A stretch of DNA of 64,000 nucleotides from Paraspadella gotoi (GCA_051294375.1 CM119269.1:20412371-20476370), one strand, 5' to 3'. Positions 25,056 to 38,279 are shown, counted from the stretch's first letter. Program-made: numbers and translations. Notes: a model not told the origin generated them from the sequence alone.

Positions 25056-25651
25056 AAAAATTATTACGCAATTCGGTTGTCAGCTCGGCTGCCACAAGTA
25101 ATGAGTAAGGACAGACGTTAACCAACTTATAGCATTTTCCTGTCCTCTCGCCGTAGATAATGCTTACAAAAGTCAATACTTCCAACCCTGCTGCTGCCTC
25201 TGATACACCTGCCACAATCTTCTCCTTTTTCTATATAAAAATAAGAAATAAATAATTTCATTGAAAGAATGAAATTACTAAAAGAGTTACAGCACGGCTT
25301 ACCAATTTTTGTCTCTGTGTGCTTTATAGAATATCTTGATTGAATTCGCTTTCTGAGAGCGAAGAGAAGATATCAGTCTTACCTTTCCTGCTTTCTATCC
25401 GATCTGGGTGGAAAATTGAAGGTTATAAATATAACTTTATATTAGCGAATCTCGGGGAGACGTGATGTGTCCCCAGCGAAAACCTTATTGGTGCGAATCG
25501 TGGTCTCAGCGGGTCATTAGTCGAGAAATCCTTTAACTTCATTGTTCATCATTTTATGATTCATAACTCTTCGTTAGTCGTTCGGAGTTAATTGGCGAAA
25601 GGCGCAGATTTTAGCAAAAAAAATAATAAATTGCCGTTTAATTTTAATTCT

Positions 25652-25715
<64 letters not shown>

Positions 25716-26674
25716 TGTTCACGCCATTCTTTCCTTCTGTCAAAAACACTCTCCCAGCCTTCGCTTTAAACTCGCCCCTTCATTTTACGACTTGAATAAA
25801 TTTGAAATTTGGATCTTACGACGACGACGACGATTATGACGACGATTTCATCCTACGTCAAAGACGGGCTAATAACGACAACGGACGTAATGGCGATAAC
25901 TAATTGAAAGCAACGACGATAATAACGACGACTCTAACGACGACGGCTATGCCTCCCACGGACGCAATGAGAAACCAAAGAACCATGAACATTTGAACCA
26001 CGGAACTTAGTACAACATATTTAAAATGATATTGATGATGGCATCTAAAACTTTTATCAATTTGGAGTATATGGTCGTGATTAAAGTGTATTAAAGTATA
26101 CTTTATTACGAAAAAGAAAAAAAAATATAAAAACGATATTAATAAAGACGTTTTTACGAGAAATATTTGTGATTTAATGTTGTCCTTACCGAATCATAGT
26201 GAAGATCGAACCTGAAATTTCTCTTGAATTGCAAAAATGTAAATAATGAAATTGGTACAACCAATATAAAAATTATCCATTCATTTAATAAATAAGCTAT
26301 CTTGCCCCTGACTTTGGACAGGCTTTGGTGGTTTAAGGCCTCCATCACTCTTACAAGATAATGATATAGCAGGTCCCTGCAAGCTTTCAATCAAGACTCT
26401 CTCACAGTCTCGTTTATTCACTCCCAGAGTACCTGGCTTCCCTATCAATGAAGTGGAAAATATTTCAAAGAATGTTTCAATTGTATGAAAAGACCACCGG
26501 CCTAAAATTCTATTCCTTTTTTTCAATTCTTTGATTTCATAACATAGTGGTTCATTTAAAAGTCATTGTAATTGTATTCCTGCGCGAATTCCCATGATAT
26601 TACCGAAATAATCTCGCCTTCATTTCTTCACTCGATCTCGAATTATTTTCTTACTAAAAATTCCAACCTCCACT

Positions 26675-26703
26675 TGGTGGCAGCGGTGAGATTCGAACTC
26701 CAC
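26675..26703 (-). pseudogene. 3' fragment of tRNA-Leu including CCA (PBS-like on + strand)
   Basis: Minus strand GTGGAGTTCGAATCTCACCGCTGCCACCA resembles the T-arm and acceptor end of eukaryotic tRNA-Leu (GTGGGTTCGAATCCCACCGCTGCCA + CCA). Confidence 0.6.
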
Positions 26704-26967
26704 TTCATTTTGTGTGAGGTGTGACGACGTCAGTGACTGAGATGAGGACGTAATCCAAGACAAAGACGATGACGATGACTGAGTCAATGGCAGCTATGAT
26801 CAGGACAACGTCATAACCTCCAACTGAACGGCCAAAATGACGAAGGAATTAATTGATAATTGATAATTGATAATTGATAAGTGAAAACTCTCGGACGACC
26901 ACGAAGACGAAGACGACGACGACGATGATGATAATGATGAACGATGATGATGAATTTGTAAATAAAC

Positions 26968-27262
26968 AAGAACGGTAATTCCAATGTGTTGCGCCGCAGT
27001 GACTTTATATGAATGTGTATTTCCTTTTGATCCCATTTGACATGACATGACATGTATTTATGATATACACTGCATCAAAATTCATTCTTTATTCCTTATA
27101 GTTTTAGGAATTCCTGAAGCCGGCGCTGACAGACCCTTAGATTTGAGGTTTTTTTCTGTCTAAACAAATGAGCAATTAAATGCATTTTTAACATAAGTGT
27201 GACAGACCGACCGAAAAGTGACTGATAGAGTTGCTCCGCGAGTACTCGCGACTCAACTAAAA
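26968..27262 (-). mobile_element. DINE-1/HINE-like element
   Basis: Palindrome CGCGAGTACTCGCG, subTIRs, same core as the 20081 copy. Confidence 0.8.
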
Positions 27263-27368
27263 ACATCTGTATGATTCCCACTGTAGAAAGAGAACGACGA
27301 CAGTACAAATCCCCCAAAAGAAGAATTGGTAAATTTAAGAGATGGATTAAAAGCGAGAGTGTCGCGGC

Positions 27369-27427
<59 letters not shown>

Positions 27428-27780
27428 GCTTTCTTTCTTTTTTTTCTCTCGTTCTGTGTGTGGAATTTTCTATGTCTCCCTATTTAAGTTTAAAAAACTA
27501 CCTAAACGTCAGAAAAGAATTTTTTAAGCATAACAATTTGTATTAATCTTTTGACTGAATGTTATTTATTTAACAAGATTCGTATTTCAGATTAAGTCAC
27601 TCATAAGTCTAGTTGAAATATGCTTTCTAAAGATTACGTTTCAGAAAAAAAAAGTTTAAACGATTCGTAGGCCAATAAATTAAGACTGACTTTCAATAAC
27701 AAAAAAAATTATAGGTCTCTAATTATTTTCGAATATTTCTAAGGAATTATAAAACTCCAGCAACGTTTCTACTTTCCGTT

Positions 27781-28245
27781 TCACATTTGATAGACCTCAA
27801 AGTTTTCCTCGCTTCGGCACAAGACGCATCGTAGACACACGGGGCAAGATCCCTGCGCCAAGTAAGAATAAATCCATGAGAGAGAAAGAGATAAACAAAT
27901 AAGGCCACGCGGCCAAACAGTAATGCTAAAATGCCAAATCGGTTTTTGATTTTCTTGTCGCCACCATTTGAAAAACAAAAAGTTTACTTGCCAGTCTGAT
28001 CCGTTTTAAGTTTTAAAGTAATGCGAAAAAAAAACGAATGTAGGTATTTGTCATTGCCTATGGACCGACCTATCTCCGAGATTGTTACATCAAACCATGT
28101 CGAGCGGCGACAACCTTTTTATCGAGCCAATTCTTTAAGGCAACTTGGAATGAAACTCGTGTCCGCACCACAATTTCTTTAAATCATCTCCACCTCCAAA
28201 CTTGTAAAAGCAAATGATGCAACTTTCTTTGTCCGCAGTCGTCTT

Positions 28246-28320
<75 letters not shown>

Positions 28321-30598
28321 GATTTAGATGTGTGTTACGAATTTCGATTGTAGCGATATCCTAAGTCGCCTCCCGTATATCTAACGAAATCTCTCGTCCC
28401 TTGGCTTTGGACAGCTAAGTATCGTCACCATCCGTGAGTTACAGGTTCGATCCCTCACGGTCACGCTAGTTAAGTGTGATGGAATCGGCATAAACACACC
28501 CTGTGACATGGGTGTATCCTTGCAGGTCCGAAGCCGGAATGCCCAGCGCTCTCGGGAGATGCCTTCATCTCACGAGCCCCATAACACATGTCTCCCCGTT
28601 GCCATAATGTCATTTGATAGACGAAACCTTCGTCCAATTTGCGTTTCGTGCCGACGGCGAATCAACGTTTTGGACATCGACATCAAACGTCGCAGTTGTT
28701 GTTGTTGTTTGTTGCGGCGTTGGTTGTCGCCTCCGCCGTGGCCGAATCGATGCCGAACGCAAAGCCGTCTCCATCAAAGCGGCGCCGTTAGGGCATCCCT
28801 CGCGGGCTGAAAAAAAGTTCATAATGTGGGAAAATTTACACTATATATTTTTTTTTCGGGGGGGGGGGCATCGTATTACCGTTGGAATCTGATCGTTGCT
28901 CTCGACGAGAAAGGCGAAGATAAGAGAGAGAAGATCTGACGAGGAAGAGAACCAAAGATGAAAGAAAGACGACGAGGCTTGCCGCTTCACTTCCGTTTTT
29001 GCTTCTTTATGGACGAAGTCCGTCCTCAGTCTCATTGTTTTTCCGTCGTCGTCGCGTCGTTCGTCGCGTTCTCGTTTGTCTCGTCGTTGTCGTCGTCGTC
29101 TTCTTCTTCTTGTTTGTCGTCGTCGTCGTCGTCGACGGGAATTTCCGAGATTCGATTCGAGAGAAGTTTTTTCTCGTCGACACTTTTGTGGATAACGTCG
29201 TGCACAAGATCTGAGAGCGGATCGAGCAAGTTTTCATTTAAACAATCGGCGGATCGGTAAGTGGGTGAGGAATACACGTACCGAAGTTAGGGTAGCCGCA
29301 CTCAATGGGTGAGTCAAAAATTTAGAAGTGAGTACATGCTAAACGAATATTTAGAACATTTTTAAGAATACTTTCAATGGACAAAATTTTATAATATGGC
29401 TCTATACCCTAGTAATTAATTTTTAATATTTATTTAATAGATAGGAAAGGTCAAAAATTTTTTTTTGAATTTTTTAATTTTAAGATCAGATTCAGATAGC
29501 TCATAAAAAGTTGTATACACAAGTATGATTCTTTTTAAATTATTTTTACGATAAGTGTGGTGCAAAAAATAAGAAAAACTGTAAAAAATCATCATCATCA
29601 TCATCTTTCGATGATTTTATCAGTTTTTCTATATTTTCACTTAGAAAACGTAAGAATTTTTAAAAGCTGTAATTATATTTCTTGTTTAAACTTTTTATGC
29701 TTCTATCAGAATCCATCAAAAAATTTTAAGAATTTTAAAAAAAAATAATTTTTGCTCTATATAGTAATATAATATTTTTAATTAGGCGAGTTACCCTCAG
29801 AAAGAAAGCATTTTTGACAAAAAAATTTTTAATACCATAATCTATGTTCATTATAGATTATTTTAACGCTGTATACATTAGCATTTAAATTTCATCGGCT
29901 ATGGCTAACCAAGTTAAACCTGAAGAATAGTTAATTCGTCAAAGTTGAATAGTGATTTCTTTAGTTAATTTAATTCGTTATTTGGTTATTTAGCTCATTA
30001 ATTGCTCAATCCCACTCACCTCGTATTCTTTTCCAAATGATGGCTTTTTGAGAGCAGGGCAAATCGTGCCAGTCGGGGATCGTCGTTCGACAGCGGAGGG
30101 AGTGGATAACTACCGTGCGTCCTAAATTCAAAGTGTTTGATTGATTGATTGATTGATAGATGCAAATTAGAGTATTTGGTTATTTTTAGTCACCCGACTT
30201 AGGATTGAACCAGGGATAAACAGTAAGTTCTTTGTCCTGTGTGAGGTTTTTGACGTCTGACGAAGCTGATGAATGGATGGGTGGAAAAAATTCAAGGGCA
30301 TGAGCGACAGTATATATTCACTTGGTGAAAATTCGTTTCTCGATTTCTACAAGCTCTTGATATCGGCTATGCTATTGCTTCGTCTCTCGGTCTCTCCTCT
30401 CTCTCTCTCTCTCTTCTCGTCTCTCTCTCTCTCTCTCTCACTTACTGATCGTCATTTTCACTGGATCAACATTTGATGAAGACGTCACCGGCCGCCTCCG
30501 CCGCGTCCCGTCACCTCCGCCGCTCCCCGTCCGCCTCCGCCGCTCCCGCGCGCCTCCGCGCTTCCGCATCCGCCTCCGCCGCAGGCACGTCTCGACGG
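27781..30598 (-). CDS. Transmembrane RING-H2 E3 ubiquitin ligase (5' part not defined)
   Basis: Exons 30446-30598, 30020-30121, 28880-29210, 28628-28806, 28115-28242, 27781-27852 with mostly compatible phases. RING-H2 reads CIICFYKFGGGDDLKKLWCGHEFHSSCLKNWLDKK|GSCPVC after removing two extra A's; preceded by an acidic stalk with N-x-T/S sites and a hydrophobic TM (SLVVFLSSLVLFLV..LIFAFL). Confidence 0.75.
28349..28608 (+). mobile_element. tRNA-related SINE-like element with 5' hairpin extension (family 2), in an intron of the RING gene
   Basis: B box GGTTCGATCCC; homologous to the 51203 and 62725 copies. Confidence 0.75.
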
Positions 30599-31239
30599 CT
30601 ATATTGTAAGAATTTCTTTTTTCGCGACAATCGGAAAATTTGTTGAGTAGGAATCGAGAATGAAATAGGTAATATAAAAAAAGAATCTATTCTTCTGTAT
30701 AAAACAAACCTAAACTTTAGTTTTATAAAAAAAGCGAAAAAGTTTGCGTCATTCCTTTTTTTTCGCCTAAAACGATCGGCCAAAGGGATGTATATAATCA
30801 TTATATTAATTAATTAATTAATTAATTAATTATATATTAAGCCTTGGGTGGCGACTCCAGCCGCCTTCGGAAAAGGAGGTAGACAAGAACGTTGCGCGAG
30901 GGTGGATCCATAATGAAGACGTACATTGAATCAATTTCCAGCTGGTTTTGTTTTGATCAAAAATTAGGGAAAGGCTTTCGCTACATTCCGATTCATCTAT
31001 TTGCGCTTTATCTCAGGGTCACTATTTAAAAATTGATGTATTTTGTACGTAATTGTTATTTTTTTTACTTTAAGACGATGGCAACCTGCCGTTTTACTTC
31101 GTTTCTATCATTTTTAGGGGTTTTTATTTCCATTGTTTACAATATACTGTAGTTTCAATATACATTATACAGCTATACATTGTACGTATCGTTCCAATGC
31201 GAGGGACAGCGTTTTAAACAAGATCGGTTCATCCAATAT

Positions 31240-31506
31240 GACTTTCTTAGCCCGTGCATTGGAATTTCGTCTTTTATTCCTTATAGTTTTAGGATTTCCT
31301 GATGGTGGCGCTTGTAGTCACTTTGAGTTGATGTTTTTTTTTTTCTGTCTTAACAAATTAGCAAGCAATAGTAGGCGAGTTATGAGCATTTTTAACATAA
31401 GTGGAACAGACCGACAGACTGACATACCGAGCGACCGAGCGACAGACCGACCAAAAAGAGTGACTTATAAAATTCCTCCGCGAGTACTCGCGGCGCAACT
31501 AAAAAC
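31240..31506 (-). mobile_element. DINE-1/HINE-like element (3' truncated)
   Basis: AGTTGCGCCGCGAGTACTCGCGGAG end, (CCGA/CAGA)n microsatellite. Confidence 0.8.
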
Positions 31507-32537
31507 GATTAAGTGGATCCGATTTCCGTATATCTGCGACGGAGAGAAGAGTCGTCGGGGGATTCAGAGTTTAACTAAAGAGGAAAACCTTGGAAACGCG
31601 CGGGGAACTTTGGGGGAGCAGGGGAAGGGATGGAAAGGAATGGGGGAGATGGAGTTGGTAACGGGGGTGGGGGAGGTTGGGATAAAAGCTGGTGGATGAG
31701 ATGAAAAGTTGTGCAAAATACGTAGGAGTTATTCTAATATCGAAGAAGGTTCACTGTAAATCAAATCGTGATTGGTATTGACATTCTGGCCGCCGTTATC
31801 TCTCTCGCTAGGTCGCGGGGTCGCGAGTATTTAACAGTTTGTAAGCTGCTAAAAAACAAAAAGTTGGTTAAAATTGATTTTGATTAGGATGTGATTTTTT
31901 TTTAAACTTACTTTCGTTGTATTAAAGGGTTTTTTTTATTAAAAAGAATTAAAATCCGACTTAAGTTACGATTTTAATCAAAATTCAATATTTAATCCTT
32001 TTCAATTCTCCCATTTAAATTAATTTCTCAACCGACGTCGACCAAGAGAATCCCTCGCCCTCCCCATCCCCATCCCCCGAGGACTTAGAGAAACGATTCC
32101 AGAACCTTTAGCTCTTAATCATGGGAGGAAACGGTGTAGCGGTGGGGTAGAGCATTTGAAGAGCGATTGATGGAGTAAGAAAGTGGAGAAAGAAGAGAAA
32201 TGAAAGTAAGACGCACCATAGTTGTGAAATACCGTAGAAAAAGATCGAAAGCAAAATGTGGCGATTGACACGTAATAAGAGCTCTGAGGAAAAAGCTAAA
32301 AAATGCGATCAGGGAGCAAATAATGCATGTTGAAAATTATTAGATCAATATATCCTGACTTTTTAATAAAATGTATAAAACTAATGCGAACGTAAGTAGG
32401 AGAGAAAGGGCGAGAGAGAAAAAGAGTTCAATGAGTTCTAGACACGGCAACCTATTTTGAAAATCAGCGAGAAAAAGAGCCTTTTCTTCAAAAGAGAGGC
32501 TCAGAGGTTTTGAGATCCATCTTTGAAGGATGGAGCA

Positions 32538-32605
32538 GAATCGCTTAGGTAATTGGAGCGGATCGCTTAGGTAATTGGAGCGGATCGCTTAGGTAATTGG
32601 AGCGA
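32538..32605. repeat. 3 x 22-bp tandem repeat
   Basis: (gcggatcgcttaggtaattgga)x3. Confidence 0.9.
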
Positions 32606-34898
32606 ATCTCGATGAGTGACAAGACGACGTCAAAAACGAGAGGATTTTCCGCTATAGAATGACAGTTACCAACTGGGGCGGAGCAACGCAACGTTAAGGA
32701 CTTGATGATTGTAATGAGAGCAGATGGAGCAAAGCTTCCGCTGCAGGAGTGAAATGGCCGAAGATGGTATGAGTTGGGCTACCTTAGAGTGTCAGAAGGC
32801 TTCGATGGGGAGGGGCGCACTCGAGAAAAAGGATAGAAAATGGGGGTGGACAGAAAACGAATTAAGAATTCATGGGTAAGACTGAAACCGTAATAATGCT
32901 GATGGGAATTCTATGCGCGGCGGCTTGACGGCGGCGGCGTCGTCGTGGCGGCGGCGCGGCGACGGCGCGGCGACAGCTACGGCGAAGGATGTAAAAATAG
33001 AATGGCGTCGCGGAGAATTAACTGGAATCGGCAGAAACGAGGGAGAATGGGAATCAAAAGAGAAGGGAATAAAACTGAATGGAAAAAAAATATAAAAGAG
33101 AAGAGTAGAGAAGAAAAAAGAAGAAAAAAAAAGAAAAGAAAAGAAAAGAAAAGAAAAGAAAAGAAGAAAAGAAAAGAAAAAGAAAGAAAAGAAGAGAAAG
33201 AAAGGGGGAGAAAAGAAAAGAAAAGAAGTAAAGAAGTAAAGAAGAAAAGAAAAAGAAAAAGAAAAAAAGAAAAAAGAAAAAATGAAAAAAAAGAAAAAGA
33301 AAAAAAGAAAAAAAAGAAAAAAGAAAAAAAGAAAAGAAGAAAAAAAAAAGAAAAAAGAAAAAAAGAAAAAAAGAAAAAAAAGAAAAAAAATTAAAAGAAT
33401 TTTTTTTTGAGAGTTAGAGATATAAATATGTATAATCACAATAAATTTTTTTTTTCTGAAAAGAAAAAAGAATTAAAGTGGTAAATTTTTTATTCCGTTG
33501 GTTTTTTTTAATAAAAAAAAATTAAAACGTGCACATCAGTTATTCTGTAGCAAAATGTACGTGATAACTTTTGTTGATTCTTACGTTTTTTTTTGTTGTT
33601 GCCTTTCGCGTTTTCTTTTGCCTGAACTAACAGATATTATCGCACATTAAATGCAATTAAACTACGGAAACGAGTAAAATATCGAGACATGCGCAAATAA
33701 TGAATAATATTAATGGTAATCAAAGTTGCAAATATAAACAAACATTGTTGCTTCGCTAAAATGAATTTAATCCAAGGGGTTGTTCACCGCCAAAGAGGAC
33801 GACGACGACGACGACGACAACCACGTCAACGACGACCACTACCACGACGACCACGACGAAGACGACGATGACGGCTCGATTAGAAAATAAACTTTTCATC
33901 TCCATTTCCATCAATATCCAATTAAAGGATTTTTTTTATTTTTCATGACGCTGACTAATTCATTCTCTCTCTCTCTCTCTCTCTCTCTTCATCTCTCTCT
34001 CTCTCTATCTCTCTGTTCAAACGACTGTAGTTAGAAGTGCGATGCACTTTTGTTTCAAAGTCAATTACAATTTGTAAATATTCTAGAGAAATAGGTAGCT
34101 TTTAAAGGCCCTCAAGGTGCCTAAAGCCGCAAGTAATTAATATTGTCTATTGTCTATTGTTCTCCTCTCTCTTCTCTCTCTCTCTCTTCTCTCTCTTTCC
34201 TTCACTCTTTCTCTCTCTCACTCTTTCTCTTTCTTACTCTCTTATCAGTCATCACATCCTGCTTTTTTGAGATTATTTTCGATTAAAAAGCTAAAGTTTA
34301 ATTCGAGAAAGATTACGTAATACTTATTTCATGAATCATGAATATTTTTGAAAGACTATGTTTTAAAACTCTATTTAACCTAGTAGAACTTTAAGTTATT
34401 TTGCACTAATTTTCAGAGTTAGGTGTGTTTTGAATCAATGAATATTCTATTGGTTAACTTTTTCTTCCTGGCATAAACTAACACACCCCTTAATGATTAA
34501 TATGTTATCTGTCTTTTTATCTCTTTTTTTTTTCTCCCTCTCTCTCTTTCTCTCACTCTTTCACCGTTTGAGGCGAGTGAAAATCTGATTTCGATTCTTT
34601 CTGGATTAAAAATCTACTTCCGACTTCAGTCTAAAATTAAAAAATATTGATATTTCTCCCATAACTTTTTTTATATCCTTCACTACTTATCTCGATCCTT
34701 TTAATCTTCCACTATGTACCTATTATTATTATTTATTACGTCTATTATGACTTTAATACCAGTTTTTTAAAAGGTCCAAAGTATTTTAAATAAATTTCAG
34801 CCATTTTCGTTTCTCTTTGTCTCTCATTGTCTGTCTCTCATTGCCTTTCAGAAACGTCGTTACAAAATTATATAAAACCTCGACAAAAAACTAGAAAG

Positions 34899-35580
34899 AT
34901 GTCGCCTTGGTTCAAACTTTTGTTGCTGCTCTTTTGTCTTTTCGGCATCGGTGAGTCTTCGATGTTCCGAGAAGTGGCCAGCGCCTCCGGAACGACCCTT
35001 ATAGAAGGAATGTATTACGCTCGGTGCAGCATCAACAAGTGAGTCATAACAATGATGAAGTTAAGATTATTTTGAAAATGGCGAACTGCCACAGATAAAA
35101 AAAAAAAAAAGAAACAAATTCATGTTCTTTTCCAAATTCTTCTGTCACTTAAAATTCGCCAGCAAAGTTTTTTTTTCATGATGGACAGAATGTGCCAGCA
35201 GATATTTTCTTACTTCCTTTCTTCTTTGTTATATTTTTATCATTCTACTAAACAGAATTGGTTGCCCGATCGCCGCTTACGGGACCGGTTGGTCGTACAC
35301 CTCTGCCCGATCGTCCGCGGTCAGTGACGCGAGAAACGGGGGTCGGCGTCTCACTCGGCGTCGCGCTTCGAGAAGACGGCGCCCTTCGACCGGAAGTCGT
35401 CCGAGCAGCGTAAGGTGCCCGGGAATCGGGAGTCGCCTTGGAAGCGGAAGCCGCATTGGAAGCGGAAGTCGTCTTGGCTGCAATAGCAATAGCGGAAGTA
35501 GCCTGGGAAACACGCGTATTGATTGCAGCAAATATCTTGGGTCATGTGACATTGCAATGTACAGTCACTCAAAAAGCTGA
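34899..35580 (+). CDS. Secreted cationic Cys-containing protein 1 (154 aa; exons 34899-35038, 35256-35580)
   Basis: Intact spliced ORF with phase-2 GT-AG intron: MSPWFKLLLLLFCLFGIGES-SMFREVASASGTTLIEGMYYARCSINKIGCPIAAYGTGWSYTSARSSA...RIDCSKYLGSCDIAMYSHSKS. Confidence 0.85.
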
Positions 35581-36086
35581 AAAGAGTGAAATAAGCTCGA
35601 TCAGGGAAAGTCAAAGAAATATTAAAAGATGGCGCTTCAGAAAGAAAATAATAAAATTTGGTTTTTAGGTGAGAGAAAAGAAATTAGTCAATTTGTGTAA
35701 TTATTGTATCTACTAAATATTACATGATTTAAATTGTGGTGAATTTTTTAACGAATAAAATAGCGTTATTTGATTAAAAATTCTACTGTGTATTTGGCCT
35801 CATATTTTTATATATGTGAAAACATGGAAGAGAGGGGAAAATTGAATTGAATTGTATCAAGGAAAAGGGCTTTGGGCTACATTGTGCCCCGAAAAGCTAC
35901 ATGAATTTACAAAATGATATTTCCAGGTTGAAAGTTATAAACGAAAATCGGGTAGAGTTTTTATACTAAACTAGATCCATTCAAACTCTAAGGAGTAAAA
36001 ATAAAATAAAATAAAATAAAAATAAAATAATTTTTAAAAATTACCGACGAAAATAAAGTCGAAAATTCAATTACTCATAAACTCTT

Positions 36087-36149
<63 letters not shown>

Positions 36150-36435
36150 TTTTTAAGCGACTGCAAATTAATTTGATTTAGATTTTCTCTGACTCAAGGA
36201 TCAACTTCCGACCTCTGATTAGTTGTGGTTGCTCCCAAGTGCAAAAATGCTATCTCCCTCTGTCTTCTACTACTTTTTCTTTCCTCGCCCATTTTGACGA
36301 CAACGAATTTTCTAGTATTGTCGAATTGAACGATTTTTACACTCTCTCTCATTTTTTCTCCGTCGCACTATCTTTGACTTTCAGAAAGGTCATTAAAAAA
36401 GAAATAAACAAAAACTTCGATTAAAAGAAAGAAAG

Positions 36436-36796
36436 ATGTCGTCTGGGTTCAAACTTTTTTTGCTGCTCTTTTGTCTTTTCGGCTTGGGAGAGTCTTCGTG
36501 GTTCCGACAGGTGGCGAGCAGCGCCGGGACGACTCTGGTGGACGGAAAGTATTACGCCAGGTGCAGCATCAACAGGTGAAAAAAGGCTCCTTTCTAGGAT
36601 TTCTGAAAAATGGTAAACATCTTCACGTAATGACATGATTTATGACATGATTTATACCAATACAAGTTATCCCCGAATCCTCAACTAAGTAACGAACATA
36701 AATATTCTTTTTTTCGTTAGTTAATTGTTAAATTCACTATTAGTTTAAACTTATTCCTTGTTGTACATTGCACAATGTATTATTTTGTCTCTCTCT

Positions 36797-36840
<44 letters not shown>

Positions 36841-37859
36841 TTCACCAATTGACCTTTTCACTTCTTTTCACAACTGATCTGTCCTCAACTTAAACTGTAC
36901 CCATTCTTTAACCACTGTGTTGGAAACTTTGTTGCCCTTGTGGATAAGGCGCTAAGTGGGCTGAAGATGACTATCCGTAAACTTCTTTAACCCCTCTAGC
37001 AGCTATGGAACGGGTCCTGGGCTTGGAACCAGGCTTGAGGGTTTTCCAGCGCCCCAAGGCGGCTTACGGCCGTCCTCACACTTCCCGCAGGGTAGGTACC
37101 GGGTTGGGATTGAACCCGGTACCTAGTGGTCATGAGCTGATGGCTTTACTCAATGAGCCACGGGTCAGGACTGAAGGTGTCATGCTTAGAGGCGGGGTGA
37201 ACTTTGCTATGCCCGACTACACCCTCTCTTTCCTCTTCTCTCTCTCTCTCTTCCTCTCTCTCTCTCCTCTCTCCTCTCTTCTCTCTCTCTTCTCTTCTCT
37301 CTCTCTCTCTCTCTCTCTCCTTCTTTTGCACAAATTGTAAGCATGCTTCATTAACGCTGATGAAGACTCGAAATAAAGAGTCGAAACTTGTCCGTACACA
37401 AATAAAATCGTTCATGAAATCATTTTCAAACTTTGCTTAAATCGTTAGTGGTTGAAGACGGAACTTTTACTCCCTCAGAATTTATCTTTATTCTTTATTT
37501 GCTATATTTTCATGTATCATTTCTTTCTTGTCGCCCACTCAAAGGGATTCACTGTTCATTTTCTTTCAACCCTTCTTCTTTGTATCACCACGTATCATCT
37601 CGTATCACCACGTATCACGTATCACCTCAATGCCCCTCGGACCACCTTCTCCCCTCGAAACAGATTCGGCTGTCCGACTGCAGCCTTCGGCGCCGGCTGG
37701 ACTTACGCCACTGCCCGATCCTCGGCGGCCAGTTACGCGCGAAGACGTGGGCGGCGCCCATCGACCGGAAGTCGGCCGAGTAGCGAAAGCAGGCGCATCG
37801 ATTGTGGGAGATATCTCGGCGCCTGCGTCATCAGGAAGTACAGACGATCGGGAGGATGA
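36436..37859 (+). CDS. Secreted cationic 4-Cys protein 2 (111 aa; exons 36436-36575, 37664-37859), tandem paralog
   Basis: Intact; same 140-nt exon 1 length and intron phase: MSSGFKLFLLLFCLFGLGES-SWFRQVASSAGTTLVDGKYYARCSINRFGCPTAAFGAGWTYATARSSAASYARRRGRRPSTGSRPSSESRRIDCGRYLGACVIRKYRRSGG. Confidence 0.88.
36935..37205 (-). mobile_element. tRNA-derived SINE (family 3)
   Basis: A-box-like TGGCTCATTGAG, B box GGTTCAATCCC; homolog at 45523-45765. Confidence 0.75.
37354..37395 (+). ncRNA. Type I hammerhead ribozyme (intronic, sense to protein 2 gene)
   Basis: acg-CTGATGA-a-GACTC/GAGTC-GAAAC-tt-GTC-cgt. Confidence 0.8.
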
Positions 37860-38132
37860 TGAGAGGAAAGGAGATGAGAAGAGATGTGAGAGGATAGAAG
37901 TGAAAGAGAGTTGTGAAACGATTATTGTTAAATATATAATTAAGCGTTTCAATATGAAAAGAATCAAATTTGGTACGTGGAATATACTTATTTTTGCTGG
38001 TGTATTCAATATGACAAAAAAATAGTTATCTTAGGAGTTTATGTTCAAATAAATGCCATTATGAATTTATAATAAATATTTCCCTTTATTTGGCCTCACA
38101 TTTTTTGGGAACTAAGCAGAAGGCAGAAAATG

Positions 38133-38247
<115 letters not shown>

Positions 38248-38279
38248 TTAGGGAAGGATAAGCCTAGGAGATCACAAAT

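Noticed and set aside
28370-28430. HDV-like ribozyme in the family 2 repeat
   Set aside because: Could not build the nested P1/P2/P3 pseudoknot in any of the three copies
28890-28940. F-box-like DLLSLIFAFL
   Set aside because: Better explained as the end of the TM helix preceding the RING domain
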